From NCBI GenBank assembly GCA_001643675.2, contig LSRY02000064.1, positions 355,424-419,423 of the forward strand: DNA of 64,000 nt, written 5' to 3'. The position numbers and the translations under genes were made by a program. The stretch is from Monocercomonoides exilis PA203. Taxonomy: Eukaryota; Protista; Preaxostyla. This document shows, piece after piece, positions 1 through 11,008 of this stretch (the stretch's first letter is position 1; each line of letters begins with the position of its first letter). The notes beneath the pieces are model-generated. The model was not told the origin of the DNA, did no database searches, and was given only the letters and a program-made list of their open reading frames with translations.

Positions 1-491
1 GCATCAGGATCATCTCCCAAAATTCTATCCACATTTGATGAACGCATATTTTCGGATGTCATGCAGTATTTCAACTGAAAGAGACGTGTGTGAAAAACAA
101 AATGCCAATTGATTTTAAAGATAATATTTCAATTCGTTCGTTTCAGTTGAAGAACCCCACCCAAAACAGCAAGTGCGCGAATTCAAGACAATATTCCACA
201 AAGTCTTGCATATATGTTTCTTTTCAACCTTTTTTTCTGTTTCTTTTTGAACTGTGTTGTTGAAATGAGAAACTGATAATGCAAAGAATTGGGAGATCTG
301 CTTATCTCTTCAGTCCGCTCTGCGATCATTTGTGAAAAATGGAATACCCAATTTATTGTGCTATTTGGCATGAAGTCTATTTTGAGATCATGTTTCTTTC
401 AAAAAAAGAATCATGAATAGATCAAAAACTCCCATATGGACGAGAAAAAAGGATTCCTGAGGGAAAAGAAGACGTTTTATCCCTTTGCAGA

Positions 492-3400
492 ATGGGCCCA
501 CATCCACAAAAAATATTGACGTTTGTCCTTTTGATTTCTTCGATTGTGAGTTGCAGTGCAGCGGGTGATCAGGAGCAGTTTGTGGGATACAAACATGAAA
601 AAGCAGAAACAAGAGCAGAAAAAGGAAAAGTGAGGAGATCCAAGAACCAGCCATGTTTGCTCAGAAATGAAATTGTGAGTGATTGGCACACAAAATATAA
701 GGAAGGAGGAGAGGAGAAGAAGAAGATGCACTCGAGCGTTTCTGAATGGATTAATGGATTTGGCAACAGCAAAGAGGCAAAAGGACAGAGCCAAAGAAAT
801 GAAAAGCAAAAAGAAGGAAATTCGCAACAAAGTGGAAATTTATATTCACTTTGCACAATAGGTTGTTTTCAGAGCCATTTTCTTCTTCTGAATTCCACAC
901 TTCTTCTGTTGTCTATTCAGCTGAATTCTCCAGGAGAAGAGGCAATGGTCTCAATTGGAGGAAAATCAGTTTTATTTTTTGAAGACTGCGAGATACGTTA
1001 TGAGGACGAGTCAAAGAGATCTCCGATCGAACTGCACACTGGCTCAGCAAGCTTTGTGAACATATCGCTTATTATTGAAGGGCAAACGCCACTCTTCCAT
1101 TCTCTTGCCTTTTCACCAAACGATATTTCTGTTGGCAGGACCAGAGCTGTGTCAATGATCCACTCAACATTTTCATCTGTGTTGCTTTCACCAACCCCAT
1201 TTTTGTGCAACGGGCCTTTATCGAGCATCTCGCTATTCAAGTGCACTTTCTCAAACATCACCAAAGCTACACCAGCAAAATCATCAAGAGGATCTGAGAA
1301 TGATTGTTTCACAAAAATTGATAGCTGCTCATTTGTTTCCGTGGAGGATGCGATTTATGGGGGAGTTGTGGATTCGATGTATTGCCCTCTGTCTTCGCTT
1401 CTTTCTGTGAATAATTCATATATCAGGTGCAATCGTCTGAGATTCACAGAAAACGAAGGAAGGAGGCAGATGGGAAGGCAAGTGCTCGGAAATGGGACAC
1501 ACACATTTGAGAGCTGCGAGTGGAGTGGATGCAATGCCACAAACGGAGCAGCAATATATTTGTATGATCAGCCTCAAGCATCTCTGAACATTTCGAATTG
1601 TATTTTCGACAAATGCACAGGAAACGAATCATTCGGTGGAGCTATTTCTACATGCAATATCTTAGGTTTAGTAATTGTGAAAAGCAATTTCACAGAATGC
1701 AAAATAGAAAAAGAAGGGGGAGGTGCAATTTATGCTGTTGTTGTGTCAACATTTTCGAGATTATTTTCTTTGCATTTCTTGAAATGCATTTGTGAAGGAC
1801 ATGGAGCAGGATTCTTTTTTGACAAGTTCAACATCAGTAGGGGAAATGATACAACCTCTGGAGCAATAGTGGAATGCACTTTTGACAGTAATGATGCAGG
1901 AAGAGGGTGGGGTGGAGCCTTTCGAATTGATTATTCACCAAAAGGTTTCTCTGTAAGATCCTGCAATTATTTGAGATGTGTTGGAGGAAAGGCTGGAGGA
2001 GCAATAACAATGGAACAACTTGAGTTTCATGATCAGAATCCAAGTTTGATATGGTTCTGTATGCTTCATGAATGCTTCACAAGAGATGCTGAACTTGATG
2101 ATTATAAGGGTCATGATGCTTATTTTTTTGATCCTTTATCCAAACGACTTTTTCAGACACCATTTGTTGAGTCATACACAACAAATTTAAAACAGTATCG
2201 AGTCACTTACAACAATAATAGCTGGAATTATCCTGATGAATGGATACCAATTGGGATTCATATCAACCCATGCTTCATTGGAGTCACAGGCAATGATAAT
2301 GAAGATCTTTGTGGATTAGAGGAAAGTCTGCCATGTAAGACACTTTTTCACTCAGTTGAGAAAAGCAACAGACAATGTTCATACGGAATTGTATTATTGG
2401 AAGGGAATCACATTTCTGAAAGAGAAAGTCTAAACATTAGGGAAAAAGAGATATTGCTCAGGGGAACAAGCAGAAATCGCACTGTTCTTCACTCTTCTGG
2501 AATTGCATCTCCGGATTCTTTGCTGTTTTCTGTGTCAACAGGCTCACTTTTGTTGGAGTCATTCACCATCCTGCACAACCATCAGTCGCCATCGATGCGA
2601 ATACTGGTGATGATCTCGTCAGAGGGGGAGTGTGGGTTGGATGATATGTGTGTGTATTCTCCTGAGTCGCAAACTCAAGTCGAGTTTGAGTGCTCGATGT
2701 TTGAGGTTGATCTGGGGCGTTTCTGGGTGAGAAACAGCCGGATTGAGAGATTCAAACTGTCTTCGGTGCTAATTGCTGATACGCTGCGCTCAGCATCAAC
2801 AATGGTGCTATTTGGGAATGTGACATTTGGTTGGATTGAGAGGGTATCAGGAGGAGGGAGTGTTGTGAACATGAAGATTGGTGATGGGGAAGGGGTTCGT
2901 GTGGAGAATGTGAGTGTGAATAACTGTTCGAGCGTGGGAGGAGATGGAGGTGGGATGAGGATAGAGATAGGAGATGGAGGATGGATGAGGCTTGGGGAAG
3001 AGAGGAGTGGAACAGAGATTTGTGGGTGTCTGGCAGAGGATGGGAGAGGCGGGGGGATAGCAGTGGTGATGGAGAATGCATTCTCATCGATGGTGCTGGA
3101 GAATGTTGTGTTCAGAGAGAACAGAGCCGTTTCAGGGAGAAATGTGTTTGTGATATCCCCGGATCTGGGGGTGAGTGTGTCGAGGGAATCATTCAAGTTC
3201 TTTTCAGGAGAAGCGCCATTTGGGGCAGAAGATGCAGCTGGGGTGGAAGTGGAGGCTCCTTTGGTGGTAATTCCGCTGGTATATTATCTGATGGAGAGGG
3301 AGGGGAATGTGAGTGTTGGAAGTGGTGGTGTGGATGTGGATGTGTGTGGGTTTGGAGCGTATCCATGCCGGACAGTGGGATATGGGGTGAGGCATCGGCA

Positions 3401-6400
3401 GCAAGAAGGAGGAGTGAGGCAGGTTGTGGTGCTTTCACCGTTCAAGCTGGAGGAGAGCATTGTAATGGGAGAGGATGCAGGGTGCATTGTCGGCGGGGTG
3501 GAGGAGAAAACTGTTGTGGAGGTTGTTGGAGATGGGAGAGGGAGGGGAGGAGTGATTGAGCTGAGGCGAATAGCGATTGTGAAGGAGATGAAGTTTGCAG
3601 TGGGAGGAGAGCTCCAGGGAAATGAAAGGTGTGTGGTGTACGTGAACAGCATCGGAGCGAATGTTTCTGTTCAAGATTGCATGTTTGTTGGGAAAGAGGT
3701 GGGGAATGAGATTGGATATCGGATAATGTGTTTGGAGAATGGGGAATGTTCAATCACTCGAGTGAGCGTTGAGGATGTGAGGTTCAGTGGGGTGGAAATT
3801 GTGGAGTGTTTTGGGGGGCAATCTGTTTTGAGCATTGTGAATATGAAAACGAGGAATGTTGGAGGAGCTTTTGGAAAGGGGCTGATCTCAGGAGAAAGGA
3901 TGCTGGGGGTGGAGATGAACAGCTCAGATTTTGTGTGTGGGGATGAATGCTTTGGAGGGATGGTGAGCGTGGTGCATGTGAAGAGAGCAGAAATGAAGAA
4001 CTGCACAGGAGTTGGGATTGGGAAGGGAGAAGGGGATGGGGCAGTGGTGAGAGGAGTTGTATCCAATGGGGAAGTGCTGATGATTGAGGGAGGTGAGATG
4101 AGCGGAGAGTGTGGAAGAGGGAATGGAGGAGGTGTTGGAGCTGTTTTGGAGGATGGAGGGAGGATGGAGTTGGGGATGGATTGGGGAGTTCGGATGAGGA
4201 ACTGCAAAGCGCTTGGAAGAGAAGAAGGGAAAGGGTTTGGTGGAGGTGTGTATATTGATGTGAGAGAAGGGGCAAGTTGGTTTGTGTTGAAAGGGATTGA
4301 GTTTGAGGGATGTGTTGCAGAAGCATCAGGAGGAGAAGTGTTTGTGAAGGCAATGGAGCTGAAGGGTGTTATTACAAGGGATTCAGTGGGATTAGCAGTC
4401 GAAATGATAGGGGAGACGAAGTGGACTGGTGTGGAGGAGGCCGACAGCATGTTGTTCATTCCTCTGTGCATCTATCTCCTCCCCACCCCAGAAGAAATAT
4501 ATGTGAGCAACGTCGAGGCATCCAATCACTCACATTGTGGAATAGTCGAGTTTCCTTGTTTGACAATGAAGCACTCCCTCACAAGACAAACAGGAGAAAA
4601 GAAAATTGTTGTGAATGGAATGATATTGATGAGTGATGAATTGGCATTTGCTGGACAGAAACATGAAATCAGAGGAAATGATGATCAGAGTGGTTGGACA
4701 GTTTCTGATACAACCACAGAAACAAACACAGCAATGGTGACAGTTGGAGTGGAAACAGTGCTTTCAGCACTTATCTTCTCTCTTCCATCTTCTCTTCCTC
4801 TTCACCAGACTTTCGTTTCATCTTCGTCACATTTGACTCTGTCTCATTGCTCTATATCTCTTCAAGATCCTTCGTCTGAATTGGCATGTCTATTCTTATC
4901 TGTTGATTCTGGTTCGTTGGTTATTGATTTCTTCTCTGCTTCGTCAATCACCTTGAGCACAACTCCATTGATTTCATTGTCTGGAAGCGGAACAAATGCG
5001 GAGTTAATGATCACCACGTGGTTGAACATGACGAACTGCACTTTCACAGAAATCGAAAGAGCAGCTGGAAGTGGAGGGTGTGTGAGCATTGGCAACAGCC
5101 ATGATGATAATGCAAACACACAAATAAATATTGAAGAGTGTGTTTTTGATGGATGCTCTGTGCTGGATGATGGAAGCAGAGGAGGGGCTATCGATGTGCA
5201 GATGAAAGGAAACATTCAAATGAATATTATTTCATGCACATTCACAGGATGTTCAGCACCAGCTGGAGAAGAAGGGAAAAGTGGGTTTGGCGGAGGAATG
5301 GCGCTGAAGTTGATTGATGGCGATTCTTCATTTGTGATTTCATCTCCTGTTTTTGATACAGACAAGCCAAATGCTGCGAGATATGGAAATAATCTGTTTG
5401 TTGAATCATCCAACTTGACAAAGAGCATCACAAATGACTCGCTCCCATTTGTGTCTGAGCATCTGGCTGATATTTCGTTGGATTCATTGAGCGGCTTTGA
5501 TGGAAGTGATAAAACGAATGCCATCCCGCTGGTCTATTTCTGGCGAAGATTTGGCTCAGAGATCGTTGTTGGGGGTGATGGAAAAGATGTGTGCATTTGT
5601 GGACTTTCAGATTATCCTTGCCTGTCAATCGACCATTCATTCACGAGATTGCCTGAAGGAAACGAAAGGAATATCAAGATCAATGGAAAAGGAATTCTTC
5701 AAAAGAGTGTTGATATCAGTGGGGTGACGATAAAATCGGAAGATAACGATGTGTGCTCACTGGAGTGTCTCTCATCGCTTGAAGGATCAGAAGGAGCAGC
5801 AATGAAGATTTGTGGAATAACCAATTTTGAATTGATCAAGTTTGTGATTCCTTCTTCATTCATGAGTGGAGTGAATTATTTGATGCATGTTGAATCAAGC
5901 GAGGGATTGTTGACTGTGAAGGACTGCTCATTCACAAAAAATGAAGAAAATGATGTGGAAGAGATTATGAATTATGGGCTGATCAAAGCAGATGGAGGGA
6001 CAGTGGTGTTGGAATTGGTGTCAATTCAATCACTCGGCTTTTCACATGATGTTGTTTCTGTGTTATCAACAACGATTTTGAACATTTATAATCTAACGAT
6101 GAAGAGCATTGAGCTGGAAGGAGCAAGCGGATTGAAAATATCAAAGAGTTCAAGAAGAGAGAAAAATGAAGAGGAACAAGATGTTCTCATTGAATGGAGT
6201 TCATTCGAAGAAGTCACTCAGAACACAACAGATGATATTCCCATCATTCGAAATGACAATGATGTTGAGCCTTTGAAAATAGTGATGCGAAACACAACGA
6301 TGAAGAAGTGTGGAGGAACGAGGTGTGGAAAGGGAGGAGGGATGTTTTGCATGTTGAATGAGGGAGGAAGCTTTGTTTGCTCGTTTTGCACGATTTCTGA

Positions 6401-9400
6401 GTGTTTCTGCTCCACCACAGGAAGAGGTGGGTGGCTGTTTCTGGAGTGTTCCTCAGTGGCTGAGCATCCTCTGAGCTTTGTGCTGTCGAATCTCACCTTC
6501 AAAGACAACACTGCATTGAGAGGGAGAGATGCGTATGTTCGATGCCACTCAATCGAAACACAGATAGTTGATGAGCAGTTCTTGCTGGATTTCAGAGCAC
6601 CTTTTGTGAAGGAGCTGGCGATGTGGGGCTGTTCAACAGACTCGTTTGAGGGGGAAGAGGATCTTCTTCTAAGGGTTGTGAAATACCAGAGCGAGACGAT
6701 ATTTGTGTCGGCTTGTGCAGAGAATCACTCTGATTTCAATTCCTGTGGAGAATTGCATGGGCCGTGTGAGTCATTGAATGTGGGAGTGAAGCACATCATC
6801 CCGTCGTCGTACTCGCAGCTGTTGATATCAAAGGAAACAGCGATGAGAGGGAAATGCAGCATTCACAATGTTGTTGTCCATCCTCTGGAATCTCCTCCAG
6901 CTGCTTTGGTGCATCTGAGCTTTGCAATTGTTAATGATGCAGGAGGTGTTATCACAACATCAGGGAAAGTTCGGGTTGAGAGTGTGAAATTCGACTTTGG
7001 CCAGTCGTTTTCATTTTCAGGCAGTTCTGTTGTTCATGAAACAAGTGGCCAACTTTCCCTTTCATTTGTTGATTTTTCATCAGTTGGAGGGTCAAACAGC
7101 ATTCAACCTGTTGTTCTCAACTCATCGTTGCTGAGCATTGAAAGTGGAATTGTTCATGTTGACAACTGCTCAGTGTCACTCCTTTCATTCAAGAAGCCTT
7201 CATTTCTGTTGAGTGGAGATGAGATTTCGTTGACGAATGTGAAACTGGAAGAGATTGAATCAACAGCAGATGTGTTTGAGATTGGCAGTTGTGGAATAAT
7301 GTCCATTAATGGAGTATCTGCAGATGGAGTGAAGCTGTCAGATGGTTGCATCCTTGCAATTGGCAGTTCATCTTCAGGAACAATATCTGTTGGAAGCTCG
7401 TCATTCGACAACTGCTCAAGGAATTCAGAAGGAGCATCTGTTCTTTCGGCTTCTTCAACCTCTGCTCATTTTGAATTTTCAAACTGTTCCTGCACAAAAT
7501 GTTATTCTCTGTCTGACAAAGGAAGGGTCATGGAAGTGATCAACATGAAAGATGCTTATTTGAATATGTGTGAGTTTGAAGGTTTGTTAACGAGCAAAGC
7601 GTTATTGGAGCATGAAAATGACATGAAAGAAATATGTGAATGGAATGGATCGGTTGTCCATTCAACGAATTCAACGATGGTGATGAAATACACAACTATT
7701 TCAAATGCTTCATCAGGTGGATTTTCGGTGTCGGCTGGCGATGTGACAATCGAGAAAGGAGAGTTTTTGAACAACAATCCTTTCATCGAAAAATACCCTT
7801 CTCTTCGTCGAAACATCATCTGTTCAGATTCTGCCTCACTGACCATTTCGAGCTTGAAAGGTGGAGATGGACTGATGCCCAATTCTTCGTTTTGGATTTT
7901 GAATGATGGATGCACACTTGGAGGAATAGCAGGAGAAAGACCATCGTCTTTCTTCATTCCCAGACTGGAAGAGGTTTCTGTGAATGAAAGTGGAAGCAAG
8001 ATTTTTATCCAATTCAAGGGATCTCTTTTTGTGCCATGTGACTTGTCTTTCAGACTTGTGTATAAAACAGGGGATGTGGAGTTGGTTGAGACATATCGTT
8101 TTGAGGAAGACAGTTTTGTATCAGAAAATGAAGTGATTGGAAGAGTTCCATCAGAAAATATTTCATTGGCTTCAGATGAAACAGAGGTGTCAGTGACGAT
8201 TCTGTTTGGAAAGCAATCGGCAGAGACATTTCCGCTGATTCTGAAAAACAGAAGTGAACCCAAAGGAAATGGAGATGAAAGGATTGTTGAAGGAAGAAAA
8301 GAGGGGAAATCGATATGGCCTATTATTGTGATTATCCTTGTTGTGATATTATTGATTGTTCTCATCGGATTTATTTTGTTTGCTATCCGATGGAAGAAGG
8401 CAAAGAACGAGAACAAAGATTTGAGAGAGATTGTGAATGAAACAGTGAAGAAGGATCCAAAAGCATTTGAGATGGTGACGATGGAGATGTCACCAGAGGA
8501 GCAGTGGAGGAGAGCAGAGAGGGAAGCTGAAAAGAAGAACGAAGAGAGGATGAAGAAGAGGGTGTACGAGAAAAGCTTGGGACACTCCGAGTCATCGGAG
8601 CATTTGTTGAGTGAGAGTGGATCGACTGAATACATCCTTGGAAGAGATTCAGACAAGATTCCAGAATGGATGTTGGAAAAGGTTGAAGAAGAGGAAATTA
8701 GAAAGCAGGCTCCATCACCATCCATTTCATCCACCTCAACCACAGACACTTCAGACACAGATTCAACATTTGTTCGTGGAGAGGATCTATGCCCAACCAC
8801 CTCATCAATGTCAAATCTGGTGGATGCAATGGCATGTTCTTCGCCTCATGAGAAGCTGATTGTGGATCTTCGAGACTCGTTGTTCATGTTGCTTCATGGA
8901 AAGAATAAGACAAAGGAGATGGCAATTGGCACGCTTCAGGAGAGAGAATATACAGCTGTCCAAATCCTGTTCTGGGTGGCGAATGGAGCTCTCCACTCGT
9001 TTGATGAATGTGAGGTTCCACTTCAGTCGCTGACAAATCTGAGTCCACACATTGTGTTGTTCTCAGAACACATGGTCATTTGTGTTGCAATGCATTCTGA
9101 TTGTTCTTCTTCAGATTCAGACTCATCCTCGATATCTTCATCTACTGTTGTGACATCTACCAGTGATGATGGTGATGAAAGAGATTCTCTGCCCTCATCA
9201 GCTTTTGAGGATGAGGATGCCTTCAGAAAGGAGTGCCTGAGATGGAAGGCACCTGAATTGCTGAATGGCACAAAGAAGCGTGCGACGAAGAAGACAGTTG
9301 TGTTCTCGATTGGGATGATGTTGTGGGAGTGCCTGACACTCAAAGTTCCATTTGGGGAGTATGAGGCAGAGGTGGCAGGGCAGAAGATAGTAAATGGGGA

Positions 9401-9623
9401 AAGGCCGTGTGGAGGGGAGAGTGAGGCAAGTGGGATGCATGAGATGGTGAAGGGATGCTGGAGGGCAGAACGAGGGGAAAGGGTGACGTTGATGTGGGTG
9501 AAGCGGGAATTGTTTGGGCATTTCCCAGGAGAAGCAGCGGCGATGACGATGACGGATGCAATTTTATATGAGGAGAGCAAAGACAACATCTCGAGCTGCG
9601 AGAGTCTTGTGGAATATTTTTAA
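492..9623 (+). CDS. Giant single-pass receptor-like protein, paralogue A (signal peptide, GGA-repeat beta-helix-like head, 5 Cys-motif modules, TM, pseudokinase)
   Basis: 3043-aa uninterrupted ORF. Hydrophobic N-terminus (KILTFVLLISSIVSCSA), GAAI/GGAI/GGAF repeats, five CGxxxxPC-type motifs (Cys codons at ~2310, 3345, 4536, 5598, 6744), TM WPIIVIILVVILLIVLIGFILFAI followed by RWKK, kinase C-lobe motifs RWKAPE / VFSIGMMLWECLT / GERP without HRD or DFG. Confidence 0.9.
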   Translation: MGPHPQKILTFVLLISSIVSCSAAGDQEQFVGYKHEKAETRAEKGKVRRSKNQPCLLRNEIVSDWHTKYKEGGEEKKKMHSSVSEWINGFGNSKEAKGQSQRNEKQKEGNSQQSGNLYSLCTIGCFQSHFLLLNSTLLLLSIQLNSPGEEAMVSIGGKSVLFFEDCEIRYEDESKRSPIELHTGSASFVNISLIIEGQTPLFHSLAFSPNDISVGRTRAVSMIHSTFSSVLLSPTPFLCNGPLSSISLFKCTFSNITKATPAKSSRGSENDCFTKIDSCSFVSVEDAIYGGVVDSMYCPLSSLLSVNNSYIRCNRLRFTENEGRRQMGRQVLGNGTHTFESCEWSGCNATNGAAIYLYDQPQASLNISNCIFDKCTGNESFGGAISTCNILGLVIVKSNFTECKIEKEGGGAIYAVVVSTFSRLFSLHFLKCICEGHGAGFFFDKFNISRGNDTTSGAIVECTFDSNDAGRGWGGAFRIDYSPKGFSVRSCNYLRCVGGKAGGAITMEQLEFHDQNPSLIWFCMLHECFTRDAELDDYKGHDAYFFDPLSKRLFQTPFVESYTTNLKQYRVTYNNNSWNYPDEWIPIGIHINPCFIGVTGNDNEDLCGLEESLPCKTLFHSVEKSNRQCSYGIVLLEGNHISERESLNIREKEILLRGTSRNRTVLHSSGIASPDSLLFSVSTGSLLLESFTILHNHQSPSMRILVMISSEGECGLDDMCVYSPESQTQVEFECSMFEVDLGRFWVRNSRIERFKLSSVLIADTLRSASTMVLFGNVTFGWIERVSGGGSVVNMKIGDGEGVRVENVSVNNCSSVGGDGGGMRIEIGDGGWMRLGEERSGTEICGCLAEDGRGGGIAVVMENAFSSMVLENVVFRENRAVSGRNVFVISPDLGVSVSRESFKFFSGEAPFGAEDAAGVEVEAPLVVIPLVYYLMEREGNVSVGSGGVDVDVCGFGAYPCRTVGYGVRHRQQEGGVRQVVVLSPFKLEESIVMGEDAGCIVGGVEEKTVVEVVGDGRGRGGVIELRRIAIVKEMKFAVGGELQGNERCVVYVNSIGANVSVQDCMFVGKEVGNEIGYRIMCLENGECSITRVSVEDVRFSGVEIVECFGGQSVLSIVNMKTRNVGGAFGKGLISGERMLGVEMNSSDFVCGDECFGGMVSVVHVKRAEMKNCTGVGIGKGEGDGAVVRGVVSNGEVLMIEGGEMSGECGRGNGGGVGAVLEDGGRMELGMDWGVRMRNCKALGREEGKGFGGGVYIDVREGASWFVLKGIEFEGCVAEASGGEVFVKAMELKGVITRDSVGLAVEMIGETKWTGVEEADSMLFIPLCIYLLPTPEEIYVSNVEASNHSHCGIVEFPCLTMKHSLTRQTGEKKIVVNGMILMSDELAFAGQKHEIRGNDDQSGWTVSDTTTETNTAMVTVGVETVLSALIFSLPSSLPLHQTFVSSSSHLTLSHCSISLQDPSSELACLFLSVDSGSLVIDFFSASSITLSTTPLISLSGSGTNAELMITTWLNMTNCTFTEIERAAGSGGCVSIGNSHDDNANTQINIEECVFDGCSVLDDGSRGGAIDVQMKGNIQMNIISCTFTGCSAPAGEEGKSGFGGGMALKLIDGDSSFVISSPVFDTDKPNAARYGNNLFVESSNLTKSITNDSLPFVSEHLADISLDSLSGFDGSDKTNAIPLVYFWRRFGSEIVVGGDGKDVCICGLSDYPCLSIDHSFTRLPEGNERNIKINGKGILQKSVDISGVTIKSEDNDVCSLECLSSLEGSEGAAMKICGITNFELIKFVIPSSFMSGVNYLMHVESSEGLLTVKDCSFTKNEENDVEEIMNYGLIKADGGTVVLELVSIQSLGFSHDVVSVLSTTILNIYNLTMKSIELEGASGLKISKSSRREKNEEEQDVLIEWSSFEEVTQNTTDDIPIIRNDNDVEPLKIVMRNTTMKKCGGTRCGKGGGMFCMLNEGGSFVCSFCTISECFCSTTGRGGWLFLECSSVAEHPLSFVLSNLTFKDNTALRGRDAYVRCHSIETQIVDEQFLLDFRAPFVKELAMWGCSTDSFEGEEDLLLRVVKYQSETIFVSACAENHSDFNSCGELHGPCESLNVGVKHIIPSSYSQLLISKETAMRGKCSIHNVVVHPLESPPAALVHLSFAIVNDAGGVITTSGKVRVESVKFDFGQSFSFSGSSVVHETSGQLSLSFVDFSSVGGSNSIQPVVLNSSLLSIESGIVHVDNCSVSLLSFKKPSFLLSGDEISLTNVKLEEIESTADVFEIGSCGIMSINGVSADGVKLSDGCILAIGSSSSGTISVGSSSFDNCSRNSEGASVLSASSTSAHFEFSNCSCTKCYSLSDKGRVMEVINMKDAYLNMCEFEGLLTSKALLEHENDMKEICEWNGSVVHSTNSTMVMKYTTISNASSGGFSVSAGDVTIEKGEFLNNNPFIEKYPSLRRNIICSDSASLTISSLKGGDGLMPNSSFWILNDGCTLGGIAGERPSSFFIPRLEEVSVNESGSKIFIQFKGSLFVPCDLSFRLVYKTGDVELVETYRFEEDSFVSENEVIGRVPSENISLASDETEVSVTILFGKQSAETFPLILKNRSEPKGNGDERIVEGRKEGKSIWPIIVIILVVILLIVLIGFILFAIRWKKAKNENKDLREIVNETVKKDPKAFEMVTMEMSPEEQWRRAEREAEKKNEERMKKRVYEKSLGHSESSEHLLSESGSTEYILGRDSDKIPEWMLEKVEEEEIRKQAPSPSISSTSTTDTSDTDSTFVRGEDLCPTTSSMSNLVDAMACSSPHEKLIVDLRDSLFMLLHGKNKTKEMAIGTLQEREYTAVQILFWVANGALHSFDECEVPLQSLTNLSPHIVLFSEHMVICVAMHSDCSSSDSDSSSISSSTVVTSTSDDGDERDSLPSSAFEDEDAFRKECLRWKAPELLNGTKKRATKKTVVFSIGMMLWECLTLKVPFGEYEAEVAGQKIVNGERPCGGESEASGMHEMVKGCWRAERGERVTLMWVKRELFGHFPGEAAAMTMTDAILYEESKDNISSCESLVEYF

Positions 9624-10473
9624 AGAAGCAGATGAGGAAATATCCAGAAAAGGAATTCAAAACAAATTGTGAATCTGCTTCTGAAAGATTGAAAATTCGA
9701 AAACAATGCAAGGGAAAGAAAATTAAAAGGGAACAATCTTTTTTCTTTGGAGATAATGGACAGCATGAGAATGGATTGAAATGTGCACTTATGTTCACTG
9801 GGAAAAATAATTGAAAAATTTGTCTTTTTCTGTTTTGTTTGTTAAAAATTTGAGGCAGTTAATTTTAATAAAATGGTGATGGATTTTGAAAAGGATCATT
9901 GGATTCAATGAAGAGTTTGATGAAATTGCGAAATGATTGAATTTTCTTTTTCAAGTAATGTTTGCATTTTTTTAGTGAAAATACTCTTTCAATGAGAGAG
10001 TGTTGTGTTGATGGATGCAATGAACGATTTAAAAGAATATATTTTTAAGTGGTTTTGACAAAAGGATCGTTTGAGTGAAATGTGGAGCTTTTTGCTTTGT
10101 TGAACAAGGTTTTCGCACGTATTCAAAATACCAATTGATTTCACATGTTTATTTCGCATTTCAATACGTTTATGAACTTAGCATTTTGCTATTTAGAAAT
10201 TAACTGGAGCTTTGCTTTTTCTTTATGCTTTTGAATATGTATTTATATTTATGCTTATATTTATGTTTATATTTATTCAGAAATTGAAATTGATATTTGA
10301 ATTAGAATTTATTTTAATCTGAAATGACATCCATTTTTTCGCATAAATTTCGCATCTAACTATTTATAATGTTTGTTGAGTCTGACACATATTTTGCTTA
10401 AAAGCAATTTTACAATAATCACAATATTTTTTAGAAAAACTTCAAAAAAATTAACTAATTAATGAGTGAAAGT
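9624..10473 (+). repeat. ~850-bp non-coding 3' flank duplicated at 57372-58222
   Basis: Near-identical sequence from AGAAGCAGATGAGGAAATATCC to GAGTGAAAGT follows the stop codons of paralogues A and C. Confidence 0.92.
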
Positions 10474-11008
10474 ATTGAATATGGGACAGAATTCTTGCAT
10501 TTATGAAAAAATCAATGATTTGTTCCAAACTTTTCTGCAATTGAATAATTATAATTCTAACAATCTCGTGCAAAATAAAATACAGAAATATAAAAAAGTT
10601 GAGAAAAATCTTTAAGAGCATTGTGTGGAACAAAATTCATAAAGGAAAAAATATCGTCCCATATCTCTTTGAAATAAGTTTTTGACCACCATTTCTTTTT
10701 CGGGCGTTATAAAATACTCGTTCTGAACGTTTTACCAACAAATTTCCATTTAACAAAAAACAAATAAATGTCTTCATTATCGCGAAATATTTATAAAAAA
10801 AAAAATAAATCCACAAGATAAATAATAAAAATATGAAATGCGCAATAACAAAAAGAGCGAAAAAAATGAATAAAAATCGATTTTTCAACAAAACTACAAA
10901 ACGAAAAGTATAATTTATTAAAAATAATTTAACTTAAACAAAGTGAAAAAAATATTTGCTTTGAGTGAAAAATTTCCTATAAATATGAAAAAGTTCCATT
11001 TACCTTGA

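Noticed and set aside
7556-8800. Long antisense ORFs repeated in all three paralogues (414, 414 and 486 aa; also 20520-21764 and 55220-56680) and many shorter ones
   Set aside because: Shadow frames of purine-rich coding strands (S/F/P-rich, no motifs). Their recurrence simply follows the duplication.
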